A stretch of DNA of 64,000 nucleotides from Nannocystis sp. (GTDB taxonomy: Bacteria; Myxococcota_A; Polyangia; Nannocystales; Nannocystaceae), in the NCBI RefSeq assembly GCF_016714285.1, contig NZ_JADJNN010000008.1, positions 68,669 to 132,668 of the forward strand, given 5' to 3'. The notes under the pieces are model-generated. The model saw only the letters and a list, made by a program, of their open reading frames with translations. It was not told the origin of the DNA and ran no database searches. How positions within the stretch are numbered: the stretch's first letter is position 1; each line of letters opens with the position of its first letter. Positions 31,001 through 39,586 of this stretch are shown here, in pieces. A program made the position numbers and the translations under genes.

Positions 31001-31156
31001 TTCGACGCGCAGATGCTCCGCGGGCAGACGCTCGCGGGCCTCGGTCGCTGGACCGACGCCGTCGAGGCCTACAAGGCCGCGACCGCGCTGCGCAAGAAGG
31101 ACAAGCCCGCCAAGGCGGCGCTCGCCGAGGCGAAGAAGAAGGCGGCGGGAAAGTAG
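27965..31156 (+). CDS. membrane Ser/Thr protein kinase with two tandem kinase domains, one TM and a C-terminal extracytoplasmic TPR-like domain
   Basis: Domain 1 has GMGALYLA, VVKTL, HRDISPPN, DFGLAK and SPEQ. Domain 2 has GMGALYRA, ALRVL (Arg in place of the beta3 Lys), HRDFKPSN, DFGIC and APEQ. The TM is WLWLVAGGTLIIAAVLLY. The start could be the GTG in any of the three repeat copies (27965, 28019, 28073). Confidence 0.75.
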   Translation: MRDEDDRPGRHRVRRALGVRDEDDRPGRHRVQRALGVRDEAATHHDEFPRGFGKFVLLREMARGGMGALYLAAAGEHGGLEKLCVVKTLLADADADEDGALGRRFFDEARVVVRLNHANLVQVFDVGAVEGQLYLAMELVDGKDLRAVWNRCAQLQRRIPVDIAVFVVRELLRGLAYVHDAMGLGLVHRDISPPNILVGYRGEVKLTDFGLAKSVLRSEITSPGRVLGRFNYLSPEQARGQAVDRRTDIYAAGIVLWELLTGRQLFSASVASHGATLAAARDPFVRAPSELVPEIPDGLDSIVLRALGTEREQRYQTADRFRASLSEILARNYPSCDTDRIGGFMRDIFARDHKFETHDYASYVREDFSRVREQGRGQDAVSLSDSMDIPRRGRRAASESRMADIEEMGLLSGHTAKPTASTREEAEQRWGTVVAGRYRVEDLQVFDGMGALYRARDTERGVPCALRVLPEIYAREPEVMARFMADAQAAQELKHPNIAQVFDIGKLDDGAVYAVTELLDGQSLATIIQEEGRISPGRAVHVASQVCRALGTAHESGIIHRDFKPSNIVLVAQEGDLDFVKVVDFGICSHVDSEPSTTTSQQELIIGSPDYMAPEQAAGAEANPACDIYALGAVLFETLSGRLPYKGRNAIDVLIQKGARDAPRVTDVAPDVPEGLADVIAACLSRRPEERPSSMRVLEVELLRALDSKAPRPVKSAVAAALAGAGVPRLDTSERSANLPLPPPPESASSSSMRAPVSNEASASGPRTGPASGPSGLTPVTAMREERREPSSVQRPPEPLVERPTQQDVVEPVQQSSNGWLWLVAGGTLIIAAVLLYPQLFGGGPVPPKPDAKGGEVVVKTSADVAEPDEPDTVEPEPPVPPPAPTHDPMVIVTRAELALGEGRLTAPAGNNLSEYLQQLATLDAGNEAIARLRGKAVEGLLAKGSKELADKHAHEAAAFLRELFVLAPDNKDAIAPFTEAVLTESRILRHMKAWDEILPLIEEVTKVNPKSFDAQMLRGQTLAGLGRWTDAVEAYKAATALRKKDKPAKAALAEAKKKAAGK

Positions 31157-31167
31157 CCTGCAGCGCC

Positions 31168-31190
31168 GCGCGACGAGATGCTCGTCGCGG
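31168..31190. terminator. perfect 9-10-bp stem-loop (gcgcgacgag-atg-ctcgtcgcg) 12 nt after the kinase stop; more hairpins follow in the convergent intergenic region
   Basis: The inverted repeat was read directly. A second stem, gctgagc-tgcgctg-gctcagc, lies about 40 nt further on. Then comes the palindrome ctgtccc-gag-ggacag at about 31271-31293. Confidence 0.35.
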
Positions 31191-31294
31191 CGGCGTGGCT
31201 GCGCCGGAGCGAGCTCGGGTTGAGCTGGCTGAGCTGCGCTGGCTCAGCGGGCTCTTGCTGGCTGAGCTGGCTCGGGCTGTCCCGAGGGACAGGT

Positions 31295-31510
31295 CTACTC
31301 GTCGCGCTCCATCTTCTTGCGGAGGCTGAGCGGGCGCATGTCGGTCCAGACCTCCTTGATGTAATCGAGGCACTCGGCCTTCGGGCCCTGCTTGCCGGCC
31401 TCCTTCCAGCCGAGCGGCAGCTCGCGCTCGGAGGGCCAGATCGAGTACTGCTCCTCGTGGTTCACGACGACCTTGTAGATCGTGTCGTCTTCGCGGTCTT
31501 CGCTGGACAT
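31295..31510 (-). CDS. MbtH-like protein
   Basis: [53 protein letters not shown] matches the MbtH family hallmark (VLVNxExQxSLWP...P.GW...G...ECL.YI...WTD.RP.SL). It lies 16 nt downstream of the last antiporter-like gene. Confidence 0.8.
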   Translation of the reverse strand: MSSEDREDDTIYKVVVNHEEQYSIWPSERELPLGWKEAGKQGPKAECLDYIKEVWTDMRPLSLRKKMERDE

Positions 31511-31526
31511 GCTGCGCTCCGATCGT

Positions 31527-33320
31527 TCAGGGCACGAAGCCGAGGACGAGGTAGACGAAGAGGATGCCGGTGATGGTGATCATCGCGCCGCCGAGGCCCC
31601 ACTCGCGGAACCACGACTCCTCGGCGGGCGGGGAGTAGACGAGGCGCTTGAGGTCGTCGGGGAGGCCGCCGATGAAGCCGTCGCGGACCTCACCGAAGGC
31701 GCGCATCAGCGGCGAGAGCAGGTGCTTCCAGCTGGCGGGCGCGAGGGTGCGATAGAACCAGTCGCTGTCGAGGGTGATCGTCAGGGTGCGCTTGAGGACC
31801 GGGAGCAGCACGAAGAAGGCGAGGCCCGAGAACAGCAGGAGCTGCAGCTGGGAGAGGACGTGGGCGCCGGTGTAGGGGACGTAGAGCTCGACGTCGGCCG
31901 GGGCCGGGAAGGGGAGGATCGCGTAGAGCGGCTGGTACACGCCGGGGACGCCGAGCAGCACGCAGAGGGCGGCGAAGAAGATCATCGCGGCGCGCATGTT
32001 CCACGGCGGGTCGGGCGGGCGCAGGCCGGAGTCCTTCTGGAAGAAGACGAACCACGGGAACTTGATGCCGGCGTGCAGGAACACGCCGGCCGAGGCGGCG
32101 GTGAGCACGAACCAGGCCAGCGCGAGGTGCTGGTCGGCCGCGGCCTGGTTGATCATCGACTTGGTGACGAAGCCGGAGGTCAGCGGGAAGGAGGAGATGG
32201 CGAGGGCGCCGACGATGCCGCAGACCATGGTGATCGGCATCGAGTGGTAAAGGCCGCCGAGGTCGGTGCACTTGCGCTTGCCGGTCATGTACAGCACGCT
32301 GCCGGCCGACATCAGGAGGAGCGCCTTGTAGATGATGTGGGCGAAGGCGTGGGCGGCGGCGCCGTTCAGGGCCATGGCGGTGCCGATGCCGATGCCGCAG
32401 ACCATGAAGCCGACCTGGTTGACGATCGAGTAGGCGAGGATCCGCCGCATGTCGTTTTCCAGGATCGCGTACACGATGCCGTAGACGGCCATAGCGAGGC
32501 CGACGTAGATGAGCAGCTCGGTGCCGGCGAACAGCAGCATCAAGACGTAGACGGCGGTCTTGGTGGTGAAGGCGGACAGGAAGACGGTGCCGCTCTCGGA
32601 GGCCTCAGGGTAGGCGTCGGCCAGCCAGGCGCCGAGCGGCGGGGCGGCGGCGTTGACGAGGACGCCGAGCAGGATGAGCCAGGCGGCGACGTCACCTGGC
32701 CCACAGGACAGGGCGTCAAAGCCGGCGGGGCCGAAGGCGAAGTGGGAGAGGGCGAGCGGGTCGGGTACGCCCTGCGACTGGAGGGCGAAGACGTGGGCGA
32801 GGATGCCGGCCATCAGGACGACGCCGCCGACGAGGTGGACCAGGGCGTAGCGCATGCCGGCGCGGGCGGAGCCCTCGGTGCCGGCGCTCCAGACGACGGC
32901 GGTGGAGCCGACGGCCATCAGCTCCCAGAACATGAAGAGGGTGAGGATGTCGCCGGCGAAGGTGACGCAGATGGCGCTGCCGGCGTAGACGAAGGCGGCG
33001 GGCAGCTCGACGCGCCAGCGCTTGCCGCGTTCGCTGGCGAGGCCGGTGATCGGGTGGGCGAAGAGGGCCCCGCCGAAGGCCATCAGCGCGAAGATGGTGG
33101 CGAAGACGCGGGTCGCGGGCTGCCAGGAGAGGACCGTCAGCTGCTGGTCCATGAAGGGCAGGGTGACGCTGAGGTCGCCCGGGAGGGCCCAGATGTAGCC
33201 GAGGGTGAGCAGCGGCAGCAGCAGGGCGACGGCCGGCGCGGCGCGGCGAAGCAGCGGGAGCAGCAGGCCGCCGAGGATGAGGATGACGCCCGGGGGCGGG
33301 AGGCCGACGGATTCAGTCAT
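31527..33320 (-). CDS. proton-pumping antiporter-like subunit (NuoL/MrpA-MrpD family, PF00361), 597 aa
   Basis: About 16 TM, with the conserved core [27 protein letters not shown]...[10 protein letters not shown]. Confidence 0.8.
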   Translation of the reverse strand: MTESVGLPPPGVILILGGLLLPLLRRAAPAVALLLPLLTLGYIWALPGDLSVTLPFMDQQLTVLSWQPATRVFATIFALMAFGGALFAHPITGLASERGKRWRVELPAAFVYAGSAICVTFAGDILTLFMFWELMAVGSTAVVWSAGTEGSARAGMRYALVHLVGGVVLMAGILAHVFALQSQGVPDPLALSHFAFGPAGFDALSCGPGDVAAWLILLGVLVNAAAPPLGAWLADAYPEASESGTVFLSAFTTKTAVYVLMLLFAGTELLIYVGLAMAVYGIVYAILENDMRRILAYSIVNQVGFMVCGIGIGTAMALNGAAAHAFAHIIYKALLLMSAGSVLYMTGKRKCTDLGGLYHSMPITMVCGIVGALAISSFPLTSGFVTKSMINQAAADQHLALAWFVLTAASAGVFLHAGIKFPWFVFFQKDSGLRPPDPPWNMRAAMIFFAALCVLLGVPGVYQPLYAILPFPAPADVELYVPYTGAHVLSQLQLLLFSGLAFFVLLPVLKRTLTITLDSDWFYRTLAPASWKHLLSPLMRAFGEVRDGFIGGLPDDLKRLVYSPPAEESWFREWGLGGAMITITGILFVYLVLGFVP

Positions 33321-33516
33321 CGTAGTAGGTGTCCCTTCGCTTGAGCAGGAGGCCGACGACGAACTTGGAGACGAGGACCATGCCGGCGCACACGGCGAAG
33401 CCGTACCAGGCGTGGAACGCGAAGCCGCCGTCGACGCCGAAGTGCGGGTGGTGCTCGACGGCCGCGTCGGCGGCGACGAGCACGGCGAGCACCACGAGCG
33501 ACACGACCCACAGCAT
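33313..33516 (-). CDS. small two-TM membrane protein (67 aa) inside the antiporter cluster
   Basis: [67 protein letters not shown]. It overlaps the downstream start by 8 nt. Confidence 0.4.
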   Translation of the reverse strand: MLWVVSLVVLAVLVAADAAVEHHPHFGVDGGFAFHAWYGFAVCAGMVLVSKFVVGLLLKRRDTYYDD

Positions 33517-33542
33517 GCGGATGGTGGCAGGATCTTCGAGCT

Positions 33543-35126
33543 TCACGGCAGCAGGCCTTTCCGGAGCTGAGTGGCGAGGTCGATGGCGAGGTCGGAGTAG
33601 AAGAAGAAGGCGATGGTCGCGGCGGCGGTGCAGCACAGCGCGAGGACCATCGGCCAGGGCGCCTCGCCGTGCTCACCGTGGTGGCCGTGGGCGTGGCTGT
33701 GGTCGTCCTCGTCGCCGAACAGGCCGTCGGTCGAGCTGGCGTGGCGGCCCGGGTTGGCGGCGCGGGGCGAGGGGCGGAAGAAGGCGCGGTAGATGATCGG
33801 GAGGAAGTAGCCGGCGTTGAGCAGGGTGCTGAGGATGATGACGCCGACGACGAAGGCGTACTCGGTCTCCCAGGCGGCGGTCAGCAGGTACCACTTGCTG
33901 ATGAAGCCGGCGGTCGGCGGGAGGCCGATCATCGACAGGGCGCCGATCGTGAAGGCGCCCATGGTGAAGGGCATGCGCCGGCCGATGCCGTCGAGCTGGC
34001 TGACCTCGGTCTTGTGGGCGGCGGTGTAGATCGAGCCGGCGGCGAAGAACAGGGTGATCTTGCCGAAGGCGTGGGCGGCGATGTGGAGGGCGGCCGCCAT
34101 GATCGAGATCGGCGACAGCAGGGCCGCGGCGATGATGACGTAGGACAGCTGGCTGACCGTCGAGTAGGCGAGGCGGCGCTTGAGGTTGTCCTGGAACAGG
34201 GCGATGAAGGAGGCGATCAGGATGGTCGCGCCGGCGACGTAGATGAGCCAGCTGCCCTGGTGGTACTTGATGAGCGTGAGCGGGCCGAAGGTGTAGACGA
34301 TCACCTTGACGACGGTGAAGACGCCGGCCTTGACGACGGCGACCGCGTGGAGCAGGGCGCTGACCGGCGTCGGCGCGACCATGGCGGCGGGCAGCCAGCG
34401 GTGCATCGGCATCAGCGCGGCCTTGCCGATGCCGTACATGTAGAGGAGGAACAGGGTGCCGAGGACGGGCGCCGAGAGCTCGCCGGAGGCCAGGGCCTTG
34501 GTGAACACGCCGCCTGGCTTGAAGGACAGGTCGTGGGTGTAGGCGTAGGTGGCGATGATGCCGGCGAGGAGGAAGCAGACGGAGGTGACGACGAGGATGC
34601 CGAGGTAGGTCCGGGCCGAGCGCAGCGCCTCCGCGGTGCCCTTGTGGGCGACCAGCGGGTAGGTAGTGAGGGTCAGCATCTCGTAGAAGACGAACAGGGT
34701 GAACAGGTTGCCGGCGAAGGCGAGGCCCATCACGCTGCTGATGGCGAGGGCGAAGCAGACGTAGAAGCGGGTCTGGTGCCGCTCCTGGTTGCCGCGCATG
34801 TAGCCGATCGAGTAGAGCGAGTTGAGGATCCACAGGGCGCTGGCGATGAGCGCGAAGATCATGCCGAGGGGCTCGACCTTGAGCTCGAGGAAGACGTTGG
34901 GGACGACCTCGATGAGGCGCAGCGGCGGGGCCTTGGCGTAGCCGGCCCAGAAGTCGGGGGCGAGCACGCGGGGGACGATGCCGATGACCGTGTAGAACAG
35001 GGCCGCGGCGGTGCCGAGGGTGATGCCCTCGCGGAGGTTCGCCCAGCGGCCGGCGAGGGCGATGAGGAGGGCGCCGATCAGCGGGATGTAGATGGCCAGC
35101 AGCGGCGGGGAGAGGTCGAAGGTCAC
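33543..35126 (-). CDS. antiporter-like subunit (PF00361; NuoL/MrpA-like) with a His-rich C-terminal segment
   Basis: The GTG start overlaps the upstream stop (GTGA). Conserved regions include WLPAAMVAPTPVSALLHAVAVVKAG and AYSTVSQLSYV. The C-terminal part is ...DEDDHSHAHGHHGEHGE.... Confidence 0.75.
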   Translation of the reverse strand: MTFDLSPPLLAIYIPLIGALLIALAGRWANLREGITLGTAAALFYTVIGIVPRVLAPDFWAGYAKAPPLRLIEVVPNVFLELKVEPLGMIFALIASALWILNSLYSIGYMRGNQERHQTRFYVCFALAISSVMGLAFAGNLFTLFVFYEMLTLTTYPLVAHKGTAEALRSARTYLGILVVTSVCFLLAGIIATYAYTHDLSFKPGGVFTKALASGELSAPVLGTLFLLYMYGIGKAALMPMHRWLPAAMVAPTPVSALLHAVAVVKAGVFTVVKVIVYTFGPLTLIKYHQGSWLIYVAGATILIASFIALFQDNLKRRLAYSTVSQLSYVIIAAALLSPISIMAAALHIAAHAFGKITLFFAAGSIYTAAHKTEVSQLDGIGRRMPFTMGAFTIGALSMIGLPPTAGFISKWYLLTAAWETEYAFVVGVIILSTLLNAGYFLPIIYRAFFRPSPRAANPGRHASSTDGLFGDEDDHSHAHGHHGEHGEAPWPMVLALCCTAAATIAFFFYSDLAIDLATQLRKGLLP

Positions 35127-35245
35127 GGGGCACCTCCGAGCAGCGAGCGGGCGGCGGTCAGGGGGATGTAGATCGCCAGCAGCGGCGGGGAGAGGTCGAA
35201 GGTCACGGGGCACCTCCGAGCAGCGAGCGGGCGGCGGTCAGGGCG
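35081..35245. repeat. 80-bp tandem duplication x2 spanning the mrpD-like stop and the downstream GTG start (each copy encodes ...LTAARSLLGGAP* overlapping VTFDLSPPLLAIYI)
   Basis: Near-identical 80-bp units at 35081-35160 and 35161-35240, with 3-4 mismatches. Confidence 0.8.
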
Positions 35246-36714
35246 ATGTGGCCGGTGAAGGTGGCGTTGATGCCGAAGTAGATGCTGGCGCCGATCAGGG
35301 TCCACATCGGGATGAGCATCATCAGCGGGGCCTCCTCGACCGGCGGGGTGCCGGGGTCGGGCTCCTGGAAGTAGGCGGCCTCGACGACGCGCCAGGTGTA
35401 GACGACGGCGAGCAGCGAGCCGATGAGGACGACGGCGGCGAGCGGCCAGCCGCCGGGGCGCTCGAGGCAGCCCTGGACCAGGTACCACTTGCTGATGAAG
35501 CCGGCGGTGAGCGGGAAGCCGATCAGGCCGAGGCCGCCGACGGTGAAGGCGGCGAGGGTCAGCGGCATCTGTTTGCCGAGGCCGCGCACGCTGCGGATGT
35601 CGCAGCGGCCGGTGCGGTAGACGACGGCGCCGAGGGCCATAAACATGCCGCCCTTCATGACGGCGTGGTTGAAGATGTGGGCGACCGAGCCGGCGATGCC
35701 GTGGAGGTTGGCGAGGGCGAAGCCGAGGACGATGTAGCCGAGCTGGCCGACGCTCGAGTAGGCCAGCATGCGCTTGAGGTTGGTCTGGCGGATCGCGGTG
35801 ACGCCGGTGACGAGGATGCCGGCCGAGGCGCACAGCAGCAGGACCAGGCCGCTCGGCATCATGCCGAAGCTGAAGCCGACGCCGAAGATGGTGAAGAGGA
35901 AGCGGAAGGCCATGTACACGCCGACCTTGGTGGCGGTGGCGGCGAGCAGCGCGGACACGGCCGAGGGGGCGTAGGTGTAGGCCCGCGGCAGCCACATGTG
36001 CAGCGGGAACATGGCCATCTTCATGCCGAGGCCGGCGAGCAGGAAGGCGAAGGCGACCAGGACGGTGCGGCTCTCGAGGATGCCCGGCACGCTCATGAGG
36101 CGGTCGTGCATGTCCTGCATGTTGAGCGTGCCGGTGATCATCATCAGGTAGCCGATGCCCAGCAGGATGAAGCTGGCGCCGACGCTGCCGAGGATGAGGT
36201 ACCGGAGGCTGGCCGTGAGCGCGCCGCGGTGCATGTCCTTGCCCATGGCGATCAGGGCGTAGACGGTGAGCGACGAGATCTCGAGGAGGACGTAGACGTT
36301 GAAGGCGTCGCCGGTGACGGTGATGCCGAGCAGGCCGGTGATGGCGAGGACCCAGACGGCGTAGAAGAAGTTGACGCGGTCGGCCGGTATCTCCTTCTCC
36401 ACGCTGAGCTTGGCGTAGATGGTGGTGATGAAGCCGACGCCGCCGACGATGAGGAGGATGAAGGCGTTGAGGGCGTCGACGCGGTACTCGATGCCCCACT
36501 GGCGCGGCCAGTTGCCGAGCTCGTAGCTGACCATGCCGGTCTTGCTGGCGAGCACCTGCATCATCAGGCGGATGGTGAAGTAGAAGACGGTGCCGGTGAG
36601 GAAGGTGGCCCAGGCCCAGGGCTTCCAGCCGCGGCCGGTGGCGATCGTCAGGATGCCGCCGATGAGCGGGACGGTGACGATGAGGACGGGGAGGTGGGCT
36701 TGCACGTCAACCAT
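35203..36714 (-). CDS. mrpD: MrpD/NuoN-like antiporter subunit (PF00361), 503 aa
   Basis: Contains WLPRAYTYAPSAVSALLAATATKVGVY and AYSSVGQLGYIV. It overlaps mrpC by 8 nt. Confidence 0.8.
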   Translation of the reverse strand: MVDVQAHLPVLIVTVPLIGGILTIATGRGWKPWAWATFLTGTVFYFTIRLMMQVLASKTGMVSYELGNWPRQWGIEYRVDALNAFILLIVGGVGFITTIYAKLSVEKEIPADRVNFFYAVWVLAITGLLGITVTGDAFNVYVLLEISSLTVYALIAMGKDMHRGALTASLRYLILGSVGASFILLGIGYLMMITGTLNMQDMHDRLMSVPGILESRTVLVAFAFLLAGLGMKMAMFPLHMWLPRAYTYAPSAVSALLAATATKVGVYMAFRFLFTIFGVGFSFGMMPSGLVLLLCASAGILVTGVTAIRQTNLKRMLAYSSVGQLGYIVLGFALANLHGIAGSVAHIFNHAVMKGGMFMALGAVVYRTGRCDIRSVRGLGKQMPLTLAAFTVGGLGLIGFPLTAGFISKWYLVQGCLERPGGWPLAAVVLIGSLLAVVYTWRVVEAAYFQEPDPGTPPVEEAPLMMLIPMWTLIGASIYFGINATFTGHIALTAARSLLGGAP

Positions 36715-37186
36715 GGTGGTGGCCCCCGTGAGCGTGTTCGAGGCCGTGGCCTTCGGCGGCGGCCTCGTCGACGGCGTCGGCGGCGGCGCCGGCGTGGAAC
36801 TCGGCGAGGCGGTCGGCGATGTCCATCGCCTCGATCTCGTCGGCCTCGATGGTGCCGTAGCGGCGCTTGATGTTGATGATGAGGGCGAGGGCGACGGCCA
36901 GCACCGACACCGAGACGACGATGGCCGTCAGGATGAGGACGTGCGGGAGCGGGTTGTCGTAGGGGCCCTGGAACTTCTGGGCGCCGTCCTGCACGGTGGT
37001 CCACACCGGGGCGGTGCCGCCGTCGATGACGGCCATCGAGATGTAGTAGAGGAAGATGCCGGTCTGGAACAGGCCGAGGGCGATGGCCTGCTTGATGAGG
37101 TTCGGCTTGGCGATGACGCCGTAGAGCCCGATCATCATCAAGATGACGTAGATCCAGTAGTTGTAGATGCCGAGGACGCCGGTCAT
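36707..37186 (-). CDS. mrpC: MrpC/NuoK-like small antiporter subunit with a His-rich C-terminal tail
   Basis: MTGVLGIYNYWIYVILMMIGLYGVIAKPNLIKQAIALGLFQTGIFLY has three TM. The tail is AEGHGLEHAHGGHHHG. The start ATG overlaps the mrpB stop (ATGA). Confidence 0.7.
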   Translation of the reverse strand: MTGVLGIYNYWIYVILMMIGLYGVIAKPNLIKQAIALGLFQTGIFLYYISMAVIDGGTAPVWTTVQDGAQKFQGPYDNPLPHVLILTAIVVSVSVLAVALALIINIKRRYGTIEADEIEAMDIADRLAEFHAGAAADAVDEAAAEGHGLEHAHGGHHHG

Positions 37187-38388
37187 CGTGACTCTTCCTC
37201 CGCGAGCTGGTTGAAGATGTTGAGCATGACCATGCTGACGGTGATGCCGACGCCGTACTCGACGAGGGTCATGCCGAGCGCCTCGCCCTCGCCGGGGCTG
37301 ACGGTGTCGAGCATCGAGTAGTCGAGGAACTTGCCGCCGAGCAGGAGGCAGGCGGCGCCGGTGCCGGAGTAGACGAGGACGCCGAGGCCGGTGAGCATGT
37401 CGATGACGGGCGGCGGGAGCACGCGGTAGAGGGCGGGGCGGCCGAAGATCAGGGCGTAGAGGATGAAGGCGCAGGCGATGACGACGCCGCCCTGGAAGCC
37501 GCCGCCGGGGCCGAGCTCGCCGTGGGTGATGACGTAGAGGCCGAACAGGAGGATGAAGGGGATCGACATCTTGCTGACGACGCGGAGGATCGTCTGGTCG
37601 AGCAGGGGGGCGGACTTCTGGGCCTGACCCTCGCGCCGCGGGCGACGCAGCAGCATGATCAGGGAGACGCCGGCGGTGAAGATGACGGTCGTCTCGAACA
37701 TGGTGTCGTAGCCGCGGTAGGCCGCGAGCAGCGAGGTGACCGAGTTGGGGACGTGGCCGTTGAAGTCGTCGGGCGGGTGGAGGTGGTGGCCGGCCTCGGC
37801 GTGCTGAGGATGGCTTCCGAGGACCTCGGGGACGATGATGCCGTGCTGGGCGAGGACGGAGGTCTCGCGCCAGGCGGTGTCCTTGGGGTCGTCGGGGACG
37901 CTGGTGACCGCGCCGTTGAAGCTGCGGTAGGCCCGGGCATCGAAGCCCTCGGGCGGGGCCTGCTTGCCCTTGGTGCCGTTCACGAAGCCGACGGTCTGGG
38001 CCATCATCTCGGGGACGCGGAAGTGGTGGATCGGGGCCTTGGGGTCGCCGAAGCGCGGCATGTCGAAGGTGCCGTAGATGAGGGCGGCGCCGGTGAGGGC
38101 GGTGACGACAGCGGCCTTCCAGTGGACGCGGACCTTGAGCGGCTTCTCCTCGCGGGCGGTGTGGACGAGGGTGCCGATCAGGAGGATCGTGGAGATGCCG
38201 CCGCCGACGGCCGCCTCGGTGAAGGCGACGTCCATCGAGTGCATGTTGACCCACACGAGGGCCATCAGCAGCGAGTAGACGGAGGTCAACATCGCCGAGG
38301 TGTAGAGGTTGCGGACCTCGATGATGGCGATCGCGGTGACGGTGACGAGGAGGAGGAGGACGGTGTCGATGAGGACGACGCTGGTCAC
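37183..38388 (-). CDS. mrpB: MrpB-like subunit: DUF4040 (MrpA C-terminal-like) N-domain fused to an MnhB domain
   Basis: The MnhB signature is FILLFGLYVITHGELGPGGGFQGGVVIA. The N-terminal TM bundle resembles the MrpA C-terminal module. Confidence 0.7.
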   Translation of the reverse strand: MTSVVLIDTVLLLLVTVTAIAIIEVRNLYTSAMLTSVYSLLMALVWVNMHSMDVAFTEAAVGGGISTILLIGTLVHTAREEKPLKVRVHWKAAVVTALTGAALIYGTFDMPRFGDPKAPIHHFRVPEMMAQTVGFVNGTKGKQAPPEGFDARAYRSFNGAVTSVPDDPKDTAWRETSVLAQHGIIVPEVLGSHPQHAEAGHHLHPPDDFNGHVPNSVTSLLAAYRGYDTMFETTVIFTAGVSLIMLLRRPRREGQAQKSAPLLDQTILRVVSKMSIPFILLFGLYVITHGELGPGGGFQGGVVIACAFILYALIFGRPALYRVLPPPVIDMLTGLGVLVYSGTGAACLLLGGKFLDYSMLDTVSPGEGEALGMTLVEYGVGITVSMVMLNIFNQLAEEESR

Positions 38389-38705
38389 GGCTCACCTCCC
38401 GGGTCGCTCCGGGTCCAGGGGCGCAGGTCGTGGAGGTGCGCGGCCTTGGTGATCGCGTGGGTGGCGGTCGGGGCGGCGATCATGAGGATCATGCCGACCG
38501 AGACGACCTTGATGCAGGTCAGGACGTCCGGGGTGACGAAGGCCAGGCCGATGAGGATCAGGAACTGACCGAGCGAGTCGGTTTTGCCGGAGGTGTGCAG
38601 CCGGGTGTAGAAGTCCGGCATGCGGAGGAGGCCCAGCGAGCCGGTCAGCGAGACCACGCAGCCGAGCGCGAGGAGGACGGTGGTGACGATCTCGTTCCAG
38701 TGCAT
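38385..38705 (-). CDS. mrpG: MrpG (MnhG)-like subunit
   Basis: LGLLRMPDFYTRLHTSGKTDSLGQFLILIGL matches the MnhG LRLPD.Y.R.HA..K motif. Confidence 0.7.
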   Translation of the reverse strand: MHWNEIVTTVLLALGCVVSLTGSLGLLRMPDFYTRLHTSGKTDSLGQFLILIGLAFVTPDVLTCIKVVSVGMILMIAAPTATHAITKAAHLHDLRPWTRSDPGGEP

Positions 38706-38708
38706 GGG

Positions 38709-38972
38709 CTAGTCCAGGCGGCCCTTTTCGGCGAATTTGAGGATCGCGACCGTGGTGATGAAGGTGATCAACGCGTAGATGATCGCCATGTCGATGAACT
38801 CGGGTCGGCCGCTGATGTAGCCGAGCAGGGTGACGAACACGATCGTCTTGGTGCCGATCGCGTTGGTGGCGAGGATGACGTCGTAGACGGTGGGACCGAC
38901 GACGGCGCGGATCAGGATGATGAAGAGGCCGATCAGCAGGGCGATGGCCGTGAAGAGGTAGACCCACTGCAC
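38709..38972 (-). CDS. mrpF: MrpF (MnhF)-like subunit
   Basis: VQWVYLFTAIALLIGLFIILIRAVVGPTVYDVILATNAIGTKTIVFV.... The GTG start is 4 nt after the mrpE stop; the ATG at 39029 would overlap mrpE by about 50 nt. Confidence 0.6.
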   Translation of the reverse strand: MQWVYLFTAIALLIGLFIILIRAVVGPTVYDVILATNAIGTKTIVFVTLLGYISGRPEFIDMAIIYALITFITTVAILKFAEKGRLD

Positions 38973-38976
38973 GCGG

Positions 38977-39456
38977 TTAGTCCTCCAGCGTCTTGACGTG
39001 ACGCTCCATGTCACCCTCTTTGAGGCCACTCTCGGCGTCGGGCGTGAGGCAGTGGATGAGCATGCGGCGCTCCTCCACGATCACGGTCACGGTGCCGGGG
39101 GTGAGGGTGATCGAATTGGCGTAGGTGGTGGTGACGAAGGGGTGGCGGGTGCTGTAGTCGACCCAGGCCATGCGCGGGTCGATCGGCAGCGAGGGCGACC
39201 AGATCCGCTTGAACACGTCCCAGTTGGAAAGGATCACCTGCCAGGTCAGGTAGGGCAGGTAGAGGAGGGTGCGCGGGTAGAAGCGCGCGGGCACGCCCTC
39301 GTCGTCGAGCACGCCCATGCGGCGGCTGATCCACACGATGAAGGTGATGCAAAGCACGCCTGCGACGATCAGGAAGTTGTTGTGAAACTGCCCTGAGAGC
39401 AGCGCCCAAAACACGCCCAGAAGCAGGAACAAGGACAAGGCGGGCATCATCGGCAA
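38977..39456 (-). CDS. mrpE: MrpE (MnhE)-like subunit
   Basis: ANSITLTPGTVTVIVE matches the MnhE ITLTPGT motif, and there are two N-terminal TM. Confidence 0.75.
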   Translation of the reverse strand: MPMMPALSLFLLLGVFWALLSGQFHNNFLIVAGVLCITFIVWISRRMGVLDDEGVPARFYPRTLLYLPYLTWQVILSNWDVFKRIWSPSLPIDPRMAWVDYSTRHPFVTTTYANSITLTPGTVTVIVEERRMLIHCLTPDAESGLKEGDMERHVKTLED

Positions 39457-39586
39457 GATGACGCTATCCGTTTGCGCCAGACGTGCCTATGGGAAAGATC
39501 GCGCTCGGCGGGTCGGTCGGGGCGCTTGATCGGCGGGCCGCGGACCTGGTCGGCACCCGGGGCATTGGTGGCATCATCCCCGGCCC

